Shown: positions 41,429 to 49,800 of the stretch, piece after piece | Layout of the letters: each line of letters begins with the position of its first letter | How positions within the stretch are numbered: the stretch's first letter is position 1 | Source of the DNA: a virus | DNA: 64,000 bases | Reading direction: 5' to 3' (one strand) | IMG/VR virus record: IMGVR_UViG_3300042305_001483 | Notes under the pieces: generated by a model | Told to the model about the DNA's origin: nothing | The model's database searches: none | The model's input: only the letters and a program-made list of their open reading frames with translations | Position numbers and translations under genes: made by a program

Positions 41429-42472
41429 ATGTCTAAAAAGTTTGAAGAACTTGTAGACTTAGTCGTCAACGAAGAAATGGATAAAGCCCACGAACTTTTT
41501 CACGAAATCGTTGTTGAAAAGTCTAGAGAAATTTACGAAAATTTAATTGCTGAAGAAGCAGAAGACGACGTTGAAGAAGGTATGACGGACGACGATGTCG
41601 AAGAAGGAATGGAAGACGATGTCGAAGAATCTGCCGAAGATGATGTCGAAGAAGGAATGGAAGACGATGTCGAAGAATCTGCCGAAGATGATGTCGAAGA
41701 AGGAATGGACGACGCCGAATTTGAAGATGCTTACGACATGGACGAAGGAGACGACGACGTAGAACCTTCTGGATTAGAAAAAACTGGCGATTTTGAAAAA
41801 GAAATTTCTGCTGACGAACCTGGTTCTGAAGAAGATGCCATGTCAGGAATTAAAGATGCTATTGCTGAACTAGAAGCAGCCTTTGCTGAATTAGAAATGG
41901 CAAAAGGTGGAGAAATGGGCAGCATGGATGACATGGGTGACATGGGCGACGCAATGCCCGGTGACGATAAGCCAGAAGATCTAAAAATGGGGTTTGCTGA
42001 AGGCAAACGCATGACCCGTGAATATGTTGAAAAAGTTGGTAATGATTGGGACAAAAATTCCATGAAAAGCCAAGGTCAATATGTCGGAGCAGGAACAGGT
42101 GATAAAGATGGTGCTCCAGTAGAAGGCCGTAGCCCAATTGCATCCGGTAAAAACAAACCAGGTCCTGCAGGTGTTAATGCAGGAAACCTAGTTCAAGGTG
42201 GAGTTGAAGGACAAAGTAATACTGGAACAAGTCCTGGCAAAGTTAATCATGGTGTTGTAAAAGCATCCGGTGAAAAGTTTGACAAAGGACAAGGAAATGT
42301 TCCTGGCGGAAAAATGGGTGTTAAAAACCTAAGCAAAGTCGCAGGTGGACACGGTGCCGAGAGGAAGGGCGCAGGTCCAGGTCCAGTAGGTTCCGGAACA
42401 GGCGACAAAGCCGGTCAAACTAGCATTGATCCTGCAACAAGCAAGCAATTCTTAAAGCCATATAGCAAGTAA
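41429..42472 (+). CDS. Acidic prohead core protein (gp67/68-like position)
   Basis: Very acidic N-half, Gly/Lys-rich C-half; AAGGAG SD; directly upstream of the prohead protease. Confidence 0.6.
   Translation: MSKKFEELVDLVVNEEMDKAHELFHEIVVEKSREIYENLIAEEAEDDVEEGMTDDDVEEGMEDDVEESAEDDVEEGMEDDVEESAEDDVEEGMDDAEFEDAYDMDEGDDDVEPSGLEKTGDFEKEISADEPGSEEDAMSGIKDAIAELEAAFAELEMAKGGEMGSMDDMGDMGDAMPGDDKPEDLKMGFAEGKRMTREYVEKVGNDWDKNSMKSQGQYVGAGTGDKDGAPVEGRSPIASGKNKPGPAGVNAGNLVQGGVEGQSNTGTSPGKVNHGVVKASGEKFDKGQGNVPGGKMGVKNLSKVAGGHGAERKGAGPGPVGSGTGDKAGQTSIDPATSKQFLKPYSK
41561..41713 (+). repeat. 24-bp tandem repeat encoding EDDVEEGM/EDDVEESA
   Basis: About six visible copies. Confidence 0.9.
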
Positions 42473-42485
42473 TTAGAGAACCTGG

Positions 42486-43115
42486 ATGAAATTTGCATAT
42501 TTAAAAGAACATTTAAGTTTTGATCAGTCCGGTATCATAATGGAGTCGGACGACAAAGATGGCAAAAATCTTTATTTAAAAGGTATTGCTATCCAAGGAG
42601 GTATTCGAAATGCTAATCAACGAGTATATCCTGTTGACGAAATTGAACGTGCAGTTAAAACTTTAAATCAACAGATCGAAAGTGGTTATAGTGTTCTTGG
42701 AGAAGTAGATCATCCAGATGATCTTAAAGTTAATTTAGACCGTGTTAGTCACATGATTATGAACATGTGGATGGACGGTCCTAATGGATACGGTAAGTTT
42801 AAAATCTTACCAACCCCAATGGGCAACCTTATTCGCACAATGCTTGAAAGTGGTGTAAAACTTGGCGTCAGTAGTAGAGGCAGCGGCAACGTTGACGATA
42901 TGACTGGCAAAGTATCTGACTTTGAAATTATTACTGTGGATATAGTTGCACAACCTAGCGCCCCAGGTGCTTATCCGACTCCTGTTTATGAGCATTTGAT
43001 GAACACTAGGGGAGGAAATAAAGCATTTAGAGTTGCTACAGAAGTAAAAGAAGATCCAAAGGCCCAAAAATATCTTAAGGAATCACTCCTTAATATTATT
43101 AAAGGTCTAAAATAA
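42486..43115 (+). CDS. gp21: Prohead core protein protease
   Basis: NANQRVYP, LGEVDHP, VSH, TPMG, GVSSRGSG, D.VAQPSAPGAY. Confidence 0.93.
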   Translation: MKFAYLKEHLSFDQSGIIMESDDKDGKNLYLKGIAIQGGIRNANQRVYPVDEIERAVKTLNQQIESGYSVLGEVDHPDDLKVNLDRVSHMIMNMWMDGPNGYGKFKILPTPMGNLIRTMLESGVKLGVSSRGSGNVDDMTGKVSDFEIITVDIVAQPSAPGAYPTPVYEHLMNTRGGNKAFRVATEVKEDPKAQKYLKESLLNIIKGLK

Positions 43116-43133
43116 GCCCGAGGAGAAATATAA

Positions 43134-44225
43134 ATGTTGGACGCATTCAAAAAATTGGTTGAAAGTGGGTTAATTAACGAAGACGTTAAGTCTGAGTTAG
43201 AAACTGCTCTTGCCCAAAAATTACAAGAGAATCGCGACCAAGTAACCGCTGAACTTCGTGAAGAATTTGCTCAGAAGTACAATCATGATAAACACATTAT
43301 GGTTGAAGCAATCGACAAAATGTTAAGCGACAGATTGGCCGCAGAAATGGCCGAATTGCATGAAGACAAAAAGGCTCTAGCAGAAGCAAAATCAGCATAT
43401 CTTTCAAAGATGAATGAGAATGCTAAAAAGCTAGAAGGATTTGTAATCAAACAACTCGGTAAAGAAGTAGTAGAATTTCAAAATGATCGCCGTAAGGTAG
43501 GTGAAAATTTTGAAAAATTAGAACAGTTTATTGTACACGCACTTGCTAAAGAAATTAAAGAATTTGCGGTCGATAAACAAGATTTAGCAGAAACAAAAGT
43601 TAAACTTATTCGTGAAGCGAAATCTAAATTTGAAGAACTCAAAACTGCATTCATTAAACGTTCCGCAAAAGTTGTTGAAGAGGCTGTGACTAAGAAACTT
43701 ACTGCTGAAATTACTCAGCTTAAGGAAGATATTGACAGTGCTCGTAACAATGATTTTGGAAGAAGAATTTATGAAGCATTTGCACAGGAGTATGCCGGTT
43801 CTTACTTAAATGAAAAATCTGAAACAAGCAAATTGTTAAAGATTATTCAAAAGAAAGAACAAGAACTAGCAGAAGCAAAACAGGCTGTTGAAGAAAAGTC
43901 GACTTTAGTAGAATCTGCACAACGTGAAATTCGCGTTACTAAAGATCTAATGGAGCGCAAACAATTAATGGCCGAATTAATGTCACCACTTAGTGGTGAA
44001 AAAAGAGGGGTAATGCAAGAATTGTTAGAAAGTGTTCAAACACCAAAACTACGTTCTGCATTCGACAAATACCTACCCGCAGTAATGGAAGGCGCAAAAA
44101 CAAAAGTAGAAAAGAAAACTACTTTAACAGAAGGGACTGCTGTAACAGGCAACCGTGAAGTAAAGCCCGAGGTAGGCTTAGATAACATTGTAGATATCCG
44201 CAAATTGGCGGGTCTATCAAAATAA
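43134..44225 (+). CDS. gp22: Prohead scaffolding protein
   Basis: Coiled-coil E/K-rich protein between protease and major capsid gene; AGGAG SD. Confidence 0.75.
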   Translation: MLDAFKKLVESGLINEDVKSELETALAQKLQENRDQVTAELREEFAQKYNHDKHIMVEAIDKMLSDRLAAEMAELHEDKKALAEAKSAYLSKMNENAKKLEGFVIKQLGKEVVEFQNDRRKVGENFEKLEQFIVHALAKEIKEFAVDKQDLAETKVKLIREAKSKFEELKTAFIKRSAKVVEEAVTKKLTAEITQLKEDIDSARNNDFGRRIYEAFAQEYAGSYLNEKSETSKLLKIIQKKEQELAEAKQAVEEKSTLVESAQREIRVTKDLMERKQLMAELMSPLSGEKRGVMQELLESVQTPKLRSAFDKYLPAVMEGAKTKVEKKTTLTEGTAVTGNREVKPEVGLDNIVDIRKLAGLSK

Positions 44226-44244
44226 ATTCAAGGAGAAGACTTAA

Positions 44245-45426
44245 ATGTCAAAACTTTTAAATGAAAGATGGTCAGAGACCAAAGAAGCTCTGCTTGAAGG
44301 CCTACAAGGTAACCGTAAAGCTTCTATGGGCGTTTGCCTAGAAAACACACGTCGTTACTTAGCAGAGTCTGCAACAGCAGGTGCAACAAGTGCTGGAAAT
44401 ATTGCTACACTAAATCGTGTCATTCTTCCAGTTATTCGTCGTGTTATGCCAACAGTTATTGCTAACGAAATCATTGGTGTTCAGCCAATGACAGGACCTG
44501 TTGCACAGATCCACACTCTACGTGTTCGTTATGCTGACGGTGTTGGTTCTGGTGATGTTGTGACAGCAGGTGAAGAAGCACTAAGCCCATTCAAGATTGC
44601 TCAAGCATATTCTGGAAATAACGCTTCTGCAGGCGGCGCAGCAACAACTGCCGCTCTAGAAGGTACACCAGGTAAGCGTATGAGCATTCAAATCTTAAAG
44701 ACACCAGTCGAAGCTAAGTCTCGTAAACTAAGCGCACGCTGGACCTTTGAGGCTGCACAAGATGCACAAGCACAACAAGGTATTGATATCGAAGCAGAAA
44801 TTATGGCTGCTCTAGCACAAGAAATTACTGCTGAAATTGACCAAGAGATTTTAACAAATCTACGTGCTCTAGCAAGTGTTGAAGAAACATACGACCAGGC
44901 TTTAGTTTCTGGTACTGCTACATTCGTTGGTGACGAACATGCTGCTCTAGCAATTCAAATCAACCGTGTAAGTAACTTAATTGCTCAAAGAACACGTCGT
45001 GGTTCTGCTAACTGGGCAGTTGTTTCTAACCAGGCTCTAACAATTCTACAGAGCGCAACAACCAGTGCATTTGCACGTACAACAGAAGGCACATTCGAGG
45101 CTCCAACAAACACCAAGTTCGTTGGTACTCTAAATGGTGCAATGCGTGTTTATGTTGATGCATACATGAGCGACACAAACGACAACAACCAAATTCTTGT
45201 TGGTTATAAGGGTTCTAGCGAAGCAGACGCTGCTGCGTTCTATTGCCCATATATTCCTCTAATGAGTTCTGGTGTTGTTCTAGATCCAGCAACATTCGAG
45301 CCAGTAGTTGGCTTCCTAACACGTTACGGATATGTTGAGTTAACAAACACAGCATCTTCTCTAGGTAACGCTGCTGATTACTTAGGTAAGGTTGCAATCA
45401 CAAGTGCAAACGTAAGTTTCAAGTAA
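44245..45426 (+). CDS. gp23: Major capsid protein (gp23 family)
   Basis: PVIRRVMPTVIANEIIGVQPMTGP, AKSRKLSARWTFEAAQD, EITAEIDQEI, FYCPYIPL, FLTRYG. Confidence 0.96.
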   Translation: MSKLLNERWSETKEALLEGLQGNRKASMGVCLENTRRYLAESATAGATSAGNIATLNRVILPVIRRVMPTVIANEIIGVQPMTGPVAQIHTLRVRYADGVGSGDVVTAGEEALSPFKIAQAYSGNNASAGGAATTAALEGTPGKRMSIQILKTPVEAKSRKLSARWTFEAAQDAQAQQGIDIEAEIMAALAQEITAEIDQEILTNLRALASVEETYDQALVSGTATFVGDEHAALAIQINRVSNLIAQRTRRGSANWAVVSNQALTILQSATTSAFARTTEGTFEAPTNTKFVGTLNGAMRVYVDAYMSDTNDNNQILVGYKGSSEADAAAFYCPYIPLMSSGVVLDPATFEPVVGFLTRYGYVELTNTASSLGNAADYLGKVAITSANVSFK

Positions 45427-45451
45427 TCAACTACTTGATTTTTACACCATC

Positions 45452-45475
45452 AAAACCCGCTTCGGCGGGTTTTTT
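45452..45475 (+). terminator. Rho-independent terminator after the capsid gene
   Basis: aaaacccgc-TTCG-gcgggtttt plus T-run. Confidence 0.9.
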
Positions 45476-45554
45476 ATTAAATACAGAGTCTAGAGTATTA
45501 TGCGGAGGTCCAACCGCGTATGGCCTAGAACGCCAAATATAAGGAGAAAAACAA

Positions 45555-46205
45555 ATGGGACGTCCTATTAAATCAAAATATTTCGGAGTACCTAAAGGAA
45601 CAGGTACAGGTGGTGAAGGTGTTAGTTTAGTTACACTTGGAACAAACCCTGAATCTACATTAACAGTTACCGTTGTTTTCAGTGCACCGGACTTGCCGGG
45701 CGGAACAACTGCTGCTGGTACTGCTGTAAAAACTGGAAACACAGTAACAAGCGTAACAGTAGATTCTGCAGGATCTGGATACCTAACAGTACCATCAGTT
45801 TCGTTTACTGGAACTAGTATGAGTGTTATTGGAAGTGCAACTGCTACATTAACAACTAGCGTAAGCAACGTTATTCGTGCTACTGCATTTTTAACAGGCG
45901 GTTCTGCATTAGTTGCAGACATCGACGAACAGGTAGCAAGTAAAAAATACCGTGTTCAAACAGCAAATGGTACAGATGTAGCAAGATTAGTCAGTACTAA
46001 TACAGATCAACTAGTTGCAGGTCAGATGAATATTCTTGCAACAGATGGAAATGGAAGTACTTATTGGGTTAAAAAATTAACTGCCCGCAGAGCCGTAGTT
46101 GTTCAATCTACAGCCAGTGGAAGTTTTGTCTTTAACAGCGGTGCTTCTGTTGGATGGAATTTAGATGCAGCAAACAGTACTGATGTCTTAGTTGACAATC
46201 ATTGA
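45555..46205 (+). CDS. Putative head decoration/structural protein
   Basis: Own late promoter (TTAAATA 45477-45483), AAGGAG SD and terminator; Ig-like GSGY..P segment. Confidence 0.5.
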   Translation: MGRPIKSKYFGVPKGTGTGGEGVSLVTLGTNPESTLTVTVVFSAPDLPGGTTAAGTAVKTGNTVTSVTVDSAGSGYLTVPSVSFTGTSMSVIGSATATLTTSVSNVIRATAFLTGGSALVADIDEQVASKKYRVQTANGTDVARLVSTNTDQLVAGQMNILATDGNGSTYWVKKLTARRAVVVQSTASGSFVFNSGASVGWNLDAANSTDVLVDNH

Positions 46206-46225
46206 TGTCTAGTTAAATCTAAATT

Positions 46226-46252
46226 AATAGGGGGCTCGCCCCCTATTTTTTT
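46226..46252 (+). terminator. Rho-independent terminator
   Basis: aataggggg-ctcg-ccccctatt plus T-run. Confidence 0.88.
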
Positions 46253-46270
46253 ATACAGGTAAATAGTAGT

Positions 46271-46795
46271 ATGACATCAAATTGGGCTTTACCTACAAAC
46301 ATCATTCAATATTCCGAAGAAGATAGTGAAACCTCTCATGTTCAATGGACTGAAATTGACAACTTTTATAGTTTAAAAAATTTAGACGGTAAATTTGTTA
46401 AAACTCAAAGAGACTTATTACACATTGCTCGTGATCCAAAAAAAGATTTAGTTGAAAAAACATATTTTTTAAAGTTAACCGGATTTAATTTTATCAATAT
46501 TCCGTCGAACATATCAGGTTTTGAAGTAAAAATTACAATGAATAGATTCGGTAGAATAACTGATGATACCATTCAATTGTGTCTCAATGACAAATTAATT
46601 GGAGATAATAAAGCAAATTTAGATTTAGCACCAATTAAAATTTATGGAAACGAAAATGACTTATGGGAAACAAACATATCAAACTCAGGTGTTATTAACA
46701 ATTCATTCGGAATTGTTTTAAGATTTATGAGTCATCCAAGATGGCCTCATAAAAATTCTGCAATGATAGACACGGTACAAATAAGAATCCATTAA
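46271..46795 (+). CDS. Hypothetical beta-sandwich virion protein
   Basis: 174-aa ORF with late-promoter core upstream. Confidence 0.5.
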   Translation: MTSNWALPTNIIQYSEEDSETSHVQWTEIDNFYSLKNLDGKFVKTQRDLLHIARDPKKDLVEKTYFLKLTGFNFINIPSNISGFEVKITMNRFGRITDDTIQLCLNDKLIGDNKANLDLAPIKIYGNENDLWETNISNSGVINNSFGIVLRFMSHPRWPHKNSAMIDTVQIRIH

Positions 46796-46822
46796 AAATA
46801 AATACATCTGAGGATCGAATAA

Positions 46823-49800
46823 ATGTCACTTACTAATGTATCAAATTATCCCGGAAATTATGTAATTAAGGCCCTAGACGGTTATGTATTAGTTTTTGTG
46901 CCGAATAGTAACATTATTTTACAATCTCCCAAAACTAGGGTGACGGGAGATCTGTTTGTTGATCAAAATGCCACAGTTGAAAGAGATTTAACTGTTAATA
47001 ATAACTCTATATTCGGTAACACTGATGCTGATACAATTAACCCTATTGCACAGTTTATTAATAACTTAATTCCTCAAGAAGAAGAAACTTACGATATTGG
47101 CTCCCAAGAAAATTATTGGAATAGGTTATATGTAGGAAGTTTTTTGACTTTAGGAACAGGTACTACTTACAGAAACACAATTACTAATACAGAAAACGTT
47201 TGGAATCCGTACTTACCTTCACCACAAGGACGACCATACGATCCAAATGATGTTTACGGTACAAAAGAACAACGAGAACAAGGTGCATTATATATTGCTG
47301 GCGGTGTTGGTATTGAAAAAGATTTAAACGTCGGCGGATACATTTATGGTAGAATCGAAACTGCAAACACAACAACTTTCGTTGATTATACTGCAACAAA
47401 TATAGATCAAGAACTAAAATTAATTTTCATTAACGAAGATCCTTCAAATCAAAGTGCAGTTTTTATTGATGAAATAGGAACTGAAGACGGATTAAATTAT
47501 AATCCTTTCTTAGGAAGAATTACCACAGATAGAATAATCGTTGCTGAAACAGATCAAGCGACTAGTACTTTAACAGGTGCTTTGCAAGTTGTTGGCGGAG
47601 CTGGAATACAAAAAAATGTATTTGTCGGAGAAAATATTAATGTTGCTCAAGATGCTTATGTTGGCGGAAATGTAACAGCGACAAATGTATTACCTCAAGT
47701 AGATTCTACTGGTACAATTGGTCAAGAAAATAGGCAGTGGACAGACGGATTCATTGAAAATTTATACACTAAAATTATTAGATCCACGACAGGTAGTATA
47801 CAAATTATACCAAAAGATCCTTTAACTGAGATTATTGGTGATATTAGAGTTCGTGGTACTAATCCAGTTGGTACTGCACCAGTAGTTACAAATACATTGT
47901 ATGTCACTGTTGACGGAAATGATACCAATGACGGTCGTGCGCAAGATTCTAGCCGAGCATGTCGTACAATTGGAGGTGCATTAAACAGTCCGTATTATCA
48001 ACCAGGTACACAGATTTTAGTCAGCGCCGGGCGTTATCTTGAAGATAATCCATTAAGATTAAAACCTTATACAAGTATTCGTGGTTCTGACATTAGAACT
48101 ACATTTATTGAACCAATTAATAAAACACAAGATTTATTCCATGTAGATAGTGGATGTTATCTAAACTACATGACATTTTTAAATGGTCGAAGTGGATTAT
48201 TAGAAGGCCCATATGCTCCTGGATTTAATAGAGGAGCCTATGCGACAGCGTTTCCTCCATTAGAAGGTGATAAACGAATTGATTTATTCCATTCTCCTTA
48301 TGTACAAAACTGTACAAATCAGAGCGGACCTTGGTTGAAAGATGGAACATTATATCAACCAAATCAAACAGTTCAAATTCCTGAAGCAGTTGGCACTGGT
48401 ACTTGGGTTAAGAACACCACAACTTTATTAGTTACAGTTACTACAGGAACTATTACTGCTGGAATGAGTATAAATTCAGGACAGCAAAATCCTGGATTCT
48501 TCAATGCTAGAACTTTAATGCTAGCAAATAAACCTTTCTTGCAAGAACAAGTTATTAATTGGATCTCTGATCAAATTACCACCAATATAGGAAATACATC
48601 AAGTATTTGGTGGAATACTGCAACGAATACATCATTTACTTATAGCCAAGAAAAGTGCAGAAGAGATGTTGGAATATTAGTTGAAAATGTTGCGTATGAT
48701 GCAGCGTTCGGTGGAAACCAAAAATCAGTTGAAAGTGGCTTGGCATATTACAATGGAGTTGTAAGTTTAATCGCAGGTCAAGAAGCACAAACTACTGCTG
48801 CAATTAATTATCTTGGCACTTTAACACAACAAATAATTGTTAATTCTACTGCAACAGTTATAGGCAGTAACAATTATTCTCAAGTCATTAACTGGGTTTT
48901 AACTGGTGGAGAAATAGCAAGTCAGTCAATAGATAATTTGTTTACTATTATAACAGATATTATTAATGACGGGCCTGATGCAAAACCAGATTTATATCAA
49001 AGTACTGGACCTGATTCTGCATTTGTTAGCGCAGAAATATTAATGCAGGCTAACAGAAAGTTCATGCAAGAAGAAACTATCAATTATATTAATAATAACT
49101 TAATTGGTGCAAGTTTCCCTTATAGTGAAATAAAATGCCGCAGAGACACTGGATTAATTATTGATTCTATAGCGTTTGATATGCTGTATCCAACTGCAAA
49201 TTGGAGTCAATCAACATTTGCTGGATTGCAATATTGGAAGCAACAAGATTTAACACCAACGATTGTAGATGAAATCAATACAACTACGCTGGCTATTTCT
49301 TACTTGAAAGAATTAGCAGGAAAAATTATTTTAAATATTACACCTGCAGATGATCTAATTCCTAGATATCAAACACTTGTTCCTCAGGTAACAACTACAT
49401 ATCAAGCAGCAACACTTAATGAAGTATCTATTATTAATAGTAGATTTGATGAAATTTTAGAAATTTTAAATGGTAAAACTACAGGTTGGACTGATATAAT
49501 AGAATCAAATGGTAAACCTAGTAATTTCTTATCAGTACAAAATGCTACAAATAATTTAAGATCAAACATTGATTACATGGCCAATGAAGTTACTGCATAC
49601 GTAGATTATGTAACTTCAGGAACAGGCTTTGTCTATAACACAGCAACTTGCCAGCGAGACGTTGGATATATTATTGATGCAGTTGCTTTTGATTTATTAC
49701 ACGGTGGTAATAGACAAAGTATTCAAAATGGACTTTATTATTATGGATTTAGTGTAACAACATCATCTGTTGAAGCACAGCAATCACAAACTATAGAAGC

